Assembly: GCF_001194135.2 (NCBI RefSeq)
Contig: NC_068984.1
Location: 120,888,086 to 120,952,085 of the forward strand
Length of the DNA stretch: 64,000 nt
Source: Octopus bimaculoides
Lineage: Eukaryota
Direction of reading: 5' to 3'
Positions 26,076 through 40,537 of the stretch are shown piece after piece. Within the stretch, counting starts at the first letter, position 1. Each line of letters opens with the position of its first letter. The notes beneath the pieces are model-generated. The model had not been told where the DNA came from. It did not search any database and worked only from the letters and a program-made list of their open reading frames with translations. The position numbers and the translations under genes were made by a program.

Positions 26076-26860
26076 GATGTTTCTTGTATATCATAGACGG
26101 CTGTTTATTTCTAATTCTAGCTCGAAATTAAATGCTTGAACGCACAAAAATATTCCCATTAATTAATTTTATTACATTTCTTCCGCAAGAAACTAAAACA
26201 ACATATTAATATAAGAATTAAATATTCATTTTGTGTATCAATTTCGCACGGTCGCAACTGATACATGTCATAAAATAAATAATTCCTATGAATAACGGAA
26301 CACAACAAATTCAAAGTATTTTTAAAAAATGCAAAGAAAAAAAACAGTGCACTCGTTTCATGAACCAGCATGCTTTTACAAAATTCCTTGTAAATGTTAT
26401 GTCTCACCCATACATATTCCATCTCAGACTGTCTCAGACTGAGCTTTCAAAATATGCTCTAATCTGTTAGGTTTATGTCTCAATGTCTTGTCCTGCTGGA
26501 TACAGGACATGGCAATTTCTGTGCTGAAGACGCCTTTTGAAGTAGAAACACATGTCCACTTGACGCTGTTTTGTCCTTACTGAAATTTCAATTTTTGAGA
26601 ATCATTGAGAATATCTCCTCTTCTCACTCACAGTTAAGCCTCATTACCATCAGATGATTGTTCTTCTGCCTTTTAAAAAGCGGATATAATTTCAAGAATT
26701 CAAGAATTTGTCTTGTACGGTATATAATATACCATTATTCGCTTTTGTTGGTTAAATTATTGGTACTGGCTACTCTGAATTATTTCTCTTAATCGTTCAA
26801 TACATACATACATAAATGTTCACATATACACACGTACATACACATATTGATACGTACATA

Positions 26861-26932
<72 letters not shown>

Positions 26933-27521
26933 TATTCACTCACGTATGTTTATGTGCGTGTTTATGTATGCATGTATATATGTACGTATGAGTGTGTATG
27001 TATGTATGATATATGTACGTATGAATGAATGAATGGGTGTGTACGTGTTTAACTGTATGAATATGTATATAAAGCAGCTGAAGTTTCTGAGAGGGTATAT
27101 CAAATGCAAACGTATCCTAAAGATGTATTCATTACATTTATATGATACATCCTTAGATCTGAAATAGCTTTTACTATCAAGTCTGCAGAGTTGGAGGGAA
27201 TCGTGTGCTGTAAGGTGAAGTGAATTCAAACGGTCTTCAGTCGCCAGAATCCTGTTCAGAACATCCTGTTAAACGAAAATATTCAGCTCTGTAAAATTTC
27301 AACGAACTGATTTTTTTACCGGCTCAAACAATTTCTGGTTTCCTCAGATGGTTGTATTTATATTTATTTCACTTGTGAATGGCTATACGAATCTATGATA
27401 TTAGAATGACATGTTCATGTAAATAACTGTCTCTATTAGTAGGTAATAATAATGACAATTGTTTATTATTATTTTTTTCTCATTTATGATTATTTAATAT
27501 CAATGATAATAATTCATCTAA

Positions 27522-27745
27522 ATTTTGGTACAAGGCCAGACATTTGGGTGGAAGGTGCTTAGTAGATTGAATAGCCCCCAGAACTTGACAGTTACTTTGT
27601 TTTACCGACCGCGAAAGATGAAGGCAAAGTCGACCTCAGCGGTATTTAAGGTCAGCACGTAAATAGGAATGCTACTAAGCTTTATGTCCGACGTAAATAG
27701 GAATGCTGTTCAGTATTATGTCCGACGTACTGACGATTTTCTCGT
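27522..27745 (-). mobile_element. SINE family A, diverged, with an internal ~34-bp tandem duplication
   Basis: acgtaaataggaatgct...tatgtccg occurs twice. Confidence 0.6.
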
Positions 27746-27945
27746 TAAACCCTGAAATTTTGTGGGAGGAGATCAGTGAGTTTCCTGAATTATTGAAATA
27801 TCAATTTACGTTAATAAATTTTTTGTTTAAATCCCACTGCGGCCACCTTTGCCTTTTAGCCTTTGGGAATCGATAACATACAATACAACTCATACGCTGG
27901 GATCAATGGTAGCGACTTAGCTCCTCTCTTCAAAAAAGTATTAAC

Positions 27946-28128
27946 CTGCGAGCTCAGAGGATCGTTAGCAGGCCGGACAAAACGCTTATCAGCATTTCGT
28001 CCGCTTTTACTTTCTGAGTTGAAATTCCACCGAGGTTGGCTTTGCCTGTCATCCTTTCGGGGTCGATAAAGTAAGTATCAGTACTAGTTCCCTTCTCCAA
28101 TTTTCAGGCCTTGTGCCTACATTAGAAA
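27946..28128 (+). mobile_element. SINE family A
   Basis: Head, core and tail similarity, with a deletion. Confidence 0.75.
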
Positions 28129-28149
28129 TTATTATTTTGCTGTTTTTTC

Positions 28150-28199
<50 letters not shown>

Positions 28200-29111
28200 C
28201 AGCAGTAGTGATAGTAATTTATCCTTATTGGTTTTAGAAATACATCGAGATTTTCTTTTCCCAAAATGAAGAAACACAAGAAAACGAATACACACGCAAA
28301 ACCAATTGAGTATATCTTGAAAAATAAGCATAAAAATGTGTATTGACAAAACTGTATAAGAATATAAAGGCAAGTTATAGCAGAATCGCAAAAATGTCTT
28401 CATAATGGTTTATGATGTTTATAGTGTTTTAGGTTCTTAGTTTTCCGCCGAGGTCATCTTTACCTAATGAAGAATTAGGTTCGATTTTATCGACTAACTT
28501 CTGTCGCCAAATTTGTGGCCTTCTGCCTGTGTCAGAAACAATTTCCTTTCTCAAAGGTGTTTAGTAGTATCGGTAGAGTAACTAACAAAATTGCTTTGTT
28601 GTATCAAGTTACGTGACTTCACGTTTTGTGTTCAAATCCCGTCGAAATATATACTTTAACACTCATCCTTCCAGGATCGATAATCAGAATATACGAGCCA
28701 GTTACTGGGTTGATTTAATCAATTATATGTGCCCCTGTAAAATTTCAGTACTTGCACTTATTGCATAAAATATTGTTTATTGTTTCATTTTTAGCAAATT
28801 AGCAGAACAATGGAACAAAACAGTTTTATTTTCCTCCCGATATTTTTAAGAGGTCAAATACTAATAAGGCCAATATACTTTCATAAATTCTGACAGAAAA
28901 TAATCTAAGAATTCAGGCAAAATAATGGATGAGTGGGGGAACAATATAGACAACGTCCCTTATATTTCTGGCTTGTGTCAATTAATATGGGACATCATTA
29001 TAACTATAAACTGACTTACTTCAACCACAATTCATTGTATTTTATCATAGCAGAACTAAATCTACCATAGTTTTGAACATGGTAATGATCAGAACTATAT
29101 TAAGTACCAAT

Positions 29112-29740
29112 AAGGCAGCGAGCTGACAGAAACGTTGGCATGCAGGGCGAAATGCTTATTGGTATTTCATCTGTCTTTACGTTCTGAGTTCAAATTCCGC
29201 CGAGGTCGACTTTGCCTTTCATCCTTTCGGGGTCGATAAATTAAGTACCAGTTACGTACTGGGATCGATGTAATCGACTTAATCCGTTTGTCTATCCTTG
29301 TTTGTCCCCTCTATGTTTAGCCCCTTGTGTGCAATAAAGAAATAAGAAACATTAGTATGCTGGGCGAAATGCTTATTGGTATTTCATCTGTCTTTACGTT
29401 CTGAGTTCAAATTCCGCCGAGGTCGACTTTGCCTTTCANNNNNNNNNNNNNNNNNNNNNNNNNNNNNNNNNNNNNNNNNNNNNNNNNNNNNNNNNNNNNN
29501 NNNNNNNNNNNNNNNNNNNNNNNNNNNNNNNNNNNNNNNNNNNNNNNNNNNNNNNAGGGCGAAATGCTTATTGGTATTTCATCTGTCTTTACGTTCTGAG
29601 TTCAAATTCCGCCGAGGTCGACTTTGCCTTTCATCCTTTCGGGGTCGATAAATTAAGTGCCTGTTGCGTACTGGGTCGATCTAATCGACTGGTCCCCTCC
29701 TCCAAAATTTCGGGCCTTGTGCCTAGAGTAGAAAAGTATA
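29112..29740 (+). mobile_element. Tandem cluster of young family A SINEs spanning an N-gap
   Basis: Copies at about 29112-29348, 29352-29438 (truncated by the gap) and 29556-29738 have near-identical bodies. Confidence 0.85.
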
Positions 29741-32700
29741 TTACTAAAAGGCACTCTGCCACTTCTGTCAGTACATTCCTGTTTTGTTGCTGTTCTTTTT
29801 TGCTTCATTAATATTCATCTTCTTTCAGAGTAAAAATTACAACCAAACCCTAAATCGGAGTTAAAGCAGGTAAAATTATACACCCGACATCGTTTTATAA
29901 CTTGCAATAATAATATTTTTTAAAATTTGATTACCTTATTTAACTGTCTTTGTATATCTTACTTTTTTTTTTCATTTTTGCTTATTCATTTTTATCCTTT
30001 ATGCATTTGAATTCTTGTTTTTTTTTTATTTTTGTCATTTTTTATTTCTGCTATGATTTCAGTTTCACCCATGAAATGTATAGCATTTTTTCAAAATACT
30101 TTTCTATTCATCAAAATTCTTTAATATTTGCATATATTCTAACTTACCTATTACACACGCGCACATACATATGCATGCATACACATACTACTACATATAC
30201 ATACCTACTGCGAACATAGCCATGCCGAGAGAAGTTACCAACGGAGATGTGCATAACCAAGATGGAGATTACATACATTTATTTGCTAGTAGAAACGTTT
30301 TCATTTATTGCTAAGCGTAGATTTAAGAGAATTGAATGCATTTAAAGTCGGTATCACTAATTGTCATACTCTGCAAGTGTATGGACAAACAATATTTACC
30401 CAGATATATACGCAACTCTACAGATAGAGGCCAAGGCTGCGCGACAGAAATTCGCCTCACAATCACAAAGTCCACCTCGACTTGCTTTAGGCATGTAACT
30501 TCTACCAAGGCCATGAATTGACCAAGCCGTGTGGGTGAAATTTGGTACATGGAAACTATTTGGAAGCTCTAAAATGGTCTAATGAAAAGAGTAACGAGCA
30601 TTTAACCGAAAGATCATCATTTCGCGCCCTGTCCATGGCACTGCGTGAGGTCAATGATAATGACATTTAACTCTTGAAATGACCCAGTTCATCTATCCGT
30701 AAATAGATACCGAGTTCTGATTACACAAGGAGAGAAAATTGAACTCGAATGGAAGCGATGTTAAACTGCATTTGTAACGTACCAGGAATGCTCTTCGAAT
30801 GCAACTGATACATAAGATCACCAGAAGTCAAAATATTACATGACACTCCCTTCCATCATCCACATCATTTAACTTGCATTGATATGTATAGGATCAACGC
30901 ATGTTATACATTTAAAATATTCCGTTTCTTTGTAACTGTAATCAATAATCAGCGATATCTTAATTTTCTACATTAAACAGCTTCAAAAACTGATGAAAAA
31001 CCCCCGGAACTTGGTAAAATGATAAAATCTTTGATGGCACTATAAGAAAAAGCATGAAATCATAAACTGTCCTTTATAACAAAAATAACTTTTTTACGAT
31101 TTTCATTTTTTTTTTCTTCCATCTACGTTGTGTGGAATATATCATCGTAACTTTAATAACAAAAAGTAACAGCCATTGAATAATGGGCACTAAAAATATA
31201 CTGATAAACGATTGCTCGCTAATTACACGTAGGAATGTGTATGGGCGCGCATGCGTGCGTTGCATCGTTGTTTAAACATAGGTCAACCCTGACTGAGTAC
31301 AACTATTATCAGAAAAGACCAAAACATATTCCTTCAGTTATTTTTTTTTTCGGGTATAGTGTATCTAAGAATTCTTGTTTGCAGTATATCCTTTGTTTAA
31401 GGTGACAATTTAAGAGACATTTAATAGATTTACAACGTAGACACTCCATCATTGCCTTGGATGTTTATATATATGTATGTATATGTGTTTGTGAGTATGT
31501 ATATGTGTATGTATATGTGTATGTGCGTGTGTGCGTATATCAATACTTTTTCGTGAACAGAGCCAGTGCCAGTCCTACAATATGCACCCTCTTCTCTCAA
31601 CCCTGTGATGTGTACCTCTTTCTTCCCGCTCCATGATAAGCACTCCTTCTCTTAGTTCTCCCTTTAACAATTTTTCCTACAAATTCATTCAGCCATCACT
31701 CCCTTTACACCAGCTAAAAAATTAATTGAAAAATTATATTAACTTTTACAAAAGCCACTTATTATATTTTTGATATTTTACATCAACGACCAAATCTGTT
31801 ATCGAACAAATATTTCACGTCAAATCATTTTACAAGTGATTAGAGTATCCGATGATCTCGTCGCCCTTCCCACATTCCTACGCTCTCTTTCCTCCTCCTC
31901 CTCCACCTCCTCCTCCNNNNNNNNNNNNNNNNNNNNNNNNNNNNNNNNNNNNNNNNNNNNNNNNNNNNNNNNNNNNNNNNNNNNNNNNNNNNNNNNNNNN
32001 NNNNNNNNNNNNNNNNNNNNNNNNNNNNNNNNNNNNNNNNNNNNNNNNNNNNNNNNNNNNNNNNNNNNNNNNNNNNNNNNNNNNNNNNNNNNNNNNNNNN
32101 NNNNNNNNNNNNNNNNNNNNNNNNNNNNNNNNNNNNNNNNNNNNNNNNNNNNNNNNNNNNNNNNNNNNNNNNNNNNNNNNNNNNNNNNNNNNNNNNNNNN
32201 NNNNNNNNNNNNNNNNNNNNNNNNNNNNNNNNNNNNNNNNNNNNNNNNNNNNNNNNNNNNNNNNNNNNNNNNNNNNNNNNNNNNNNNNNNNNNNNNNNNN
32301 NNNNNNNNNNNNNNNNNNNNNNNNNNNNNNNNNNNNNNNNNNNNNNNNNNNNNNNNNNNNNNNNNNNNNNNNNNNNNNNNNNNNNNNNNNNNNNNNNNNN
32401 NNNNNNNNNNNNNNNNNNNNNNNNNNNNNNNNNNNNNNNNNNNNNNNNNNNNNNNNNNNNNNNNNNNNNNNNNNNNNNNNNNNNNNNNNNNNNNNNNNNN
32501 NNNNNNNNNNNNNNNNNNNNNNNNNNNNNNNNNNNNNNNNNNNNNNNNNNNNNNNNNNNNNNNNNNNNNNNNNNNNNNNNNNNNNNNNNNNNNNNNNNNN
32601 NNNNNNNNNNNNNNNNNNNNNNNNNNNNNNNNNNNNNNNNNNNNNNNNNNNNNNNNNNNNNNNNNNNNNNNNNNNNNNNNNNNNNNNNNTATATATACTA

Positions 32701-33673
32701 AATTCTAATTGTTTACTGAAAAATATTGTTTACCAGTGTAATGTAGAAACAAAGCGCTCTCTCGGAGACTTCTCTTTTAGCCCTTTCAAACAACGCTTTA
32801 ATCAACAGACTTACTGAAACAAATTCAGAAGACTTAACACTTTGCAGTTCATGACATCTGGGATTAAAGCCTAGAATATGACTGAAGATTTAAAATTTTA
32901 TCTAAATCGAATTGATATTCTGTAAACAAGAGTTATGATATTATAATAGTTATATATATTGCTGAAATCATAGAAATAATTTAATTAAAATCCCTACCAT
33001 CCAAAAAGCATTTAGAGAAAATTTCGTCCCACATCTATGAAACATTTCAAACATTTTTTTTTTTTTTCATTTTACCACTGTAAGTAATAATACATAATTT
33101 AGCACCACCCTAACGTGTGTAGTTTTTATTATCCCGTCCCTAGTAACCCAATATATAAACACATGTATAAATTCAATCCAACTTTAATTTGTATACCAGT
33201 TACTATGTACCGCAGTGAGCCAATTAAGTAATTAAGTAATTAGAACATCCTGTCTTCCTTAAAATAAGTAACTATTTAATACTTATTTTAACCTTTCTAC
33301 TCGTTTTAGCTTGTACTTTTAATTTCCCCCCTATATATAACTCTAGGAATAGCTTTCTATATTCTTTTATTCTATGTTAGTATTTATATGTTTCTTATTC
33401 AAATTTACTCATCGATTTATTACTCATTTTTGTTACGATCTGATTCATATTACCTATTTTCTTTTCTTAGAGTGGCAACATTCAAGCCTTATTTTATCAA
33501 ATCTTTTTTCTTTGTTTCCACCTATTGCTCTACAAATCCTCTCTGTATGCAACTATATATGTATATATGTGTTTATAGATGTATATAGGTACGTATATAT
33601 GGGTGTATTTTATATATATACACATACATATGTATATACACACGTATATATATATATACATACACATACAAAC

Positions 33674-33708
<35 letters not shown>

Positions 33709-33771
33709 GATGCACATATATATACGCATATATATACACATATATATACATATATATAGACACATATATAT

Positions 33772-33839
<68 letters not shown>

Positions 33840-34558
33840 NNNNNNNNNNNNNNNNNNNNNNNNNNNNNNNNNNNNNNNNNNNNNNNNNNNNNNNNNNNNN
33901 NNNNNNNNNNNNNNNNNNNNNNNNNNNNNNNNNNNNNNNNNNNNNNNNNNNNNNNNNNNNNNNNNNNNNNNNNNNNNNNNNNNNNNNNNNNNNNNNNNNN
34001 ATATATATATATATATATATATATATATACTTGCGGCTTCACGTTTTCTTTACGAAATTCACCCAATATATTTTATATGCGACAGACTTCTTAAGCTTCA
34101 ACGTAATGCGGTGAAATCGTCTTTCCGTTATTAAAGGAGAGTACTTTATTCGAGTGTGCGTTTCTACGTCTAAATTCATGTTCTTCATAATCTTTACACT
34201 TTTATTCCCAAGTGTTTTCTAACAGTCATTTGATTTGTTTTTTCATTGCTTCTTTTCATCCAAGTTCATCACAACAGGTCAGCTCCTTTTATAAACAACC
34301 AGTAGAGAATCAGTAATTAAACAAGTCCTGTTATGCCACGCTACGCCACACCGCACATGAACAGGTCTGCTAATCTGACACATAACTGTTCATCTCGATC
34401 TTGAATGGTGAAATGTCATTTCATCAACGTAGATTTCCGGTGTCAGCCAGTGAGATGGGAATGGGGAAGTCTTGAAAATATATATTTACCGAGTTACTGA
34501 TAGATGCCATAGTTTGGTGAGAGGGCATGATCATCTCTCCTGAGACCTTCTAAAGGGA

Positions 34559-34709
34559 TTAAATATTAAGCTTGTCTAACGTTCTATGAAGTTGGTTAAA
34601 GAAAGCACAAGACGTCGTACTTCTAACAGAGTTTATTGAAGATAGAGAACTCATAATATCGCTTATTGCACATACAAGATTTGCAGGTTCACTGGCTTTA
34701 AACACGGCC
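34559..34709 (-). CDS. Alternative candidate terminal exon (AVFKASEPANLVCAISDIMSSLSSINSVRSTTSCAFFNQLHRTLDKLNI*)
   Basis: Acceptor gctgtgttttcaatttag|; the phase-2 frame is open for 49 codons. No independent support. Confidence 0.3.
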
Positions 34710-34846
34710 CTAAATTGAAAACACAGCACACCAACAGCTATCATATTTAAACACATAGAGACGAACAGTTGCGAATACACGCATTCATAAGCACAAACGC
34801 ACACATATGTATATACCTATATATGTGTACACGCGTACACATATAT

Positions 34847-34878
<32 letters not shown>

Positions 34879-35844
34879 NNNNNNNNNNNNNNNNNNNNNN
34901 NNNNNNNNNNNNNNNNNNNNNNNNNNNNNNNNNNNNNNNNNNNNNNNNNNNNNNNNNNNNNNTATATATGCATGCACGTATATATGCTTTCATATATAAT
35001 TTAAGGGGTGAAAAGTTCATAGAAACATGCCCAAGCCACTTAGAATAATAAAGAACTTATAAAGAAGTCTAAGTAACTTTGATACATAGCCGTGAATCTG
35101 GTAAAATATATATCTTGTTCCTGACGAGATTTAAGATGAAAAGAAATACATTTTCTGGGACCCACGATAATGATGGATTAAATGTATTCGTGCATGCATG
35201 TGTGTGTGTGTGTGTGTGCGTGTGGTCATCGGCATTAACGTCGTTGTCATCTGTATTAAATCTATAGCTAGGGTGTTGGCCTCTTCATCTTGGTGGGTGC
35301 GGAGAGTGCCGGTGTCTGAGATGGGTGTTCAAGTGAAGGGCGGTATAGAAGAGCCATGGCATTTATGGTAGGTTAAAGTTGGAGGGAGACGAGAAAGTGC
35401 GATTCGTTATTTGCGTCTTTGACGTTTGACCTCTGCCTCTTGACGTCTGTTATTTTCCGTCTGGTCTGTGCCCTCGACGATAACATGCCGCCACTTTGAG
35501 TAGTTCCTGGCGATTGTCTTCCAAGTACAAGGAAGGTGGCCTTGTACTGGTCTCGGAAAACGGGATCTGGGAGCTCCGCATAGTCTGGTGTCTGAGGCAA
35601 ACTCCGCAAAGAGAGTTGACGAGAAATGCGCGGTTGAGGTATACGTATGATGTGTCCCGACCAGTGGAGGCGTTGTTATGCCATGGCAGCGTCATGTATG
35701 TATGTATCCATGTACGTATGTATGGGTATGTGTATATGTGTGTGTTTATGTATATATGTGTGTGTGTACGTATATTTGTGTGTATATATCTATGTATATA
35801 TTTGTGTGTGTGTGTGTGTGTGTGTGTGTCTTTGTGTCTGTGTT

Positions 35845-36005
35845 TTTCCTTCTATCACTGCCTGACAATCTGTGCTGGTGTGTTTATGAAGAACTAGGCG
35901 TAAAAATAATAAGTCCTAGGGTCGAATTGTTCAACTAAAATCCTTCAAGGCAGTGCTCCAGCATGGCCACTGTCAAATTACTGAAACAAGTAAAAGAATA
36001 AAAGA
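35845..36005 (+). mobile_element. SINE family B, 3' half
   Basis: gacaatctgtgctggtgtgttta...aaggcagtgctccagcatggccactgtcaaattactgaaacaagtaaaagaata. Confidence 0.8.
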
Positions 36006-37070
36006 ATATGTATATATGTGTATGTATAAATATATATTCACACACAAATATGCACACACGCGCACAAGACTTTCTGCGTATAAGTATTTATTATTCAATA
36101 GAACTACGGAGTGTTTATTTTAGATATACCATGATAGGTGTAAAGAAGATTCACTGTGGACTTCGTTAGAAAGTGTCCAAGTTTACCTTTGCAGTGAAAA
36201 GAAGATTCTGTGATTCAGCCAATTGTTTTCTCACTTGGTTAGAAAGAAGGAGATCAGCTACTCTGGTAAGGGCAGTTTTTTGCTGCTTTAGCAGATGTGC
36301 TGCTTTATGAACTTTCCTGACCAAAGAGAAAATCTTATTTTATAGTTATCTATATTAATGGAACTAAGTTCGTCTTCTCTAATTTGCACAGCACAGTGCA
36401 ATCTCTGGCACGTAGAATTAGCGAAGAAGTGCCGGCAGTATTTAGTCCTCTGCATGTTTATGTTTACTATTAACTACTACACGATGTTATTGTTTAGGAT
36501 AGATAGATGTTTGTTTGTATGAATGATACGTTTGTGTGTGTGAGTTTCTGCATGTGTGCGTGCTTCTGTGTGTGTGTGTGTGCGTGTGTGTGTGTGTGTA
36601 TCTACTGTACGTGAGGGAGGAGGAAAGTGGTTTTGTTTAGAGTCATATTGCTCATGCAATCTTTTAAGTCAAACAGAAATTATCTAATGTTATGGCAAGA
36701 TTATTAAAACATGTTAAATTTAGCCTTTGAACGTTTGCTCTTAAATTTGTGACTATTGAATTATCAAAGCATAAACAGTCTGTAATAACAAAACATCTTG
36801 TAAAACTGCTGAAGCTGTGTGTATTCAACATTGGGTAGTATTTGTATGAGTAAAACAATACAATAAATATGTAATAAAAGTTATTCAACATGTCTGAAAA
36901 TGTATTAAAACGCGTTGGCGTTATGTTTTAAACAATTCTTTTCACACACAGATGAACACACTCACACACAAAGGAAACCGCACGAACACATTTAACTTAT
37001 GTCTGCATATTAAACCTCATGGGCGGTCTATTATAATAGATAAGTAGATAAATACAATTTTATGAATTAA

Positions 37071-38220
<1,150 letters not shown>

Positions 38221-38490
38221 TTTGTCAACCCGACATTATGTTAGCTGATACTTGCCAAGTTGCTGCTGCGCAGTGGGACTGAAGTCCATCCCACATGGTT
38301 GCGGGTTTAGGATTTCGTAATCGACAAATTACTGCTTAGTTCTTTACTTTTTGTTTTCTGATCCTTTCTGTTGAAGTTTGTTGTCCGTGTAAAGACATCT
38401 GTCTAGGTGAATGTGTGTATGTGTTTTAAATATATACATGAGATGTGGGTAAGAGTGTTTTCAAAACTGGTCTACAAGATACTCTCACAT

Positions 38491-38611
38491 TTAGAGTTGA
38501 CAAAGGCTCGCTAGATGTTTCCAATAGTTAGCATGATATTGAACACGGTACAAATCATTGTCTAGTATTTGATATGTAGTTTCAACCAATGAACTTTGAA
38601 GATTCAGTATA
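38491..38611 (-). CDS. Candidate 3' exon of the minus-strand gene (ILNLQSSLVETTYQILDNDLYRVQYHANYWKHLASLCQL*)
   Basis: Acceptor tttatcatttcag|; the phase-2 frame is open for 39 codons to TAA. An internal donor tt|gtaccg is also possible. Confidence 0.4.
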
Positions 38612-39449
38612 CTGAAATGATAAAGTACGAGAACCGAAACACCATATAAACTCTTTTCATTTTTATAAAAGACAACTTGCCATTGCCTTTATTAATAACT
38701 TTATGACATCTCAAATAAATTGTTGTTTGCAAAGCGTACAAAGTAAAGCGCACAAGATTTTATCACATTCCCCACGTACATATATCACTTAAAATTTTTG
38801 TTTATTGTAATTATTTTCATTCCATTCATGTAAGAATGAATTTTTCTAATTAATTTTTTTTTATATTTCATATTATTTTGTTTTGTTTTATATAGGTATG
38901 TTTTTATTACACATATGTATCAATATTGCATTTCCTTTTGATAAACACTGAATAAAAAAAGATTATTTGTTTCTTTCTACCTACACCTCTGCACTTAATG
39001 ACTAATTCTAAACCCTCCCCTTTATCTAGATTCACTCATGTCCTCTATTAAACACTGCAAGAGAGTAAACTTTTACTCACAGTTTTTTTTTCTTCTTGCA
39101 CAAGCACAGGATTTCTTACAAAAATCCTTTGGTTCTGACATAATTAATTGTTGACTGCTATCAATCTTTTATCCTCTAATGTCATATTTTCTTCACATTA
39201 ACAATTCTTTCTTTAATCAACAATTACTCTAATTATTCTAATTAAAATTGACCTAATTTAAATTTATTTTTTTACTTTCAATTAATTTTACCGTCTTAAT
39301 TTTCAAACGTTTATATTTTTTTTTTTGTAGTTTATTTACTGTTCTCTCATTTACAGACTCGTTAGAATATAGATCACACGTGTATTCGAATAGATGTATC
39401 ATTGATTCGAATATAATAACTGATTAATTTTCTTTACTCAAATTCTTAC

Positions 39450-39512
39450 CTTAAAATATCTCTTGGTAAAAGTCATATAGCCTGATATAATGTTCTGAGA
39501 AGTGACTGCGAT
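39450..39512 (-). CDS. Candidate 63-nt exon of the minus-strand gene
   Basis: Strong sites (ccccgtttcag| and aag|gtaaga). Open in phase 0 (IAVTSQNIISGYMTFTKRYFK); the phase-1 reading (RSHFSEHYIRLYDFYQEIF) ends in TAA. The link to the upstream exon is unresolved. Confidence 0.5.
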
Positions 39513-40458
39513 CTGAAACGGGGTGAAATTGTTTCATTTAGGAAACAGAAACAAAGAGACATCATGAAAGTAAATGTACTTCAATCGAGAATCGGAAAAA
39601 ATGTCACCGTCTTGATGCTTCTTTATGCTATTTACACATTTTAACAAAACACATGCCAATCCCGACTTCCCATAACTCCATATATATGGATTTTGTGCTT
39701 AGTAAAACGAAATAAATATCTAAATGTATCGACACAGATTTGTTTACTGTACAAAAGTATACTTACTAGTTTGGAGCATGTATAATAATGTTTAAGAATG
39801 AAATTTAAACTACATACCTAAGTTCTTACTCAAAAGTGCAACTTGTTCATTGAACTCATACATAATTTCGAATATCATAAAGAAATAGTTAGGATTCACT
39901 GAACTTGCTGATAAGAAGAAACTGTTTGTAACCACATTTAAAATCAGAACAAATTCAGTTAACTATTTTGCACATTGAAGTTATTCAGACACTGACAAGA
40001 AATGGAAACTATGCTGTTAGCACCTGCAATACTATCAAAAATTTGAGGCTATTCCTAAATTTCATTTCACATCAAATCTATATAGATTTTCAAGAAAGAT
40101 ATTTTTCAGTACAGCATTTAAGATATCGTTAGCTTAGTCATAGGACTGTCATCTAAAAAATTGATGATTCGTATCATGATTAGTATCATGTCACAGCTAC
40201 TATTTTTTGTTTGCAACCAAGTCACTTGACACTTAAACAATTAAACACTTCTAGCTGTGAAGTTAGAGATTAAGTGATACTCAACATTTTAAAGATGTTC
40301 ATAAGCGCGATGAGTATTTCATTAGCTTCCAATGCTAAGCTTAATTTAAAGTTTGCTGGTAGATATGCTCGATTGAACTGAGTTTATCAAAATCGTCTTT
40401 GGCATCCCTACCATTAAACAAGTAACTCTCTCTCTCTCTCTCTCTCTCTCTATGTATG

Positions 40459-40537
<79 letters not shown>

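Noticed and set aside
30330-30860. Possible Gypsy pol remnant (LGM/NFY-like)
   Set aside because: Motif similarity too weak and needs several frameshifts.
38894-38901. AG|GTATGT recursive-splice-like site on the plus strand
   Set aside because: No plus-strand transcription unit is evident here; expected by chance in T-rich DNA.
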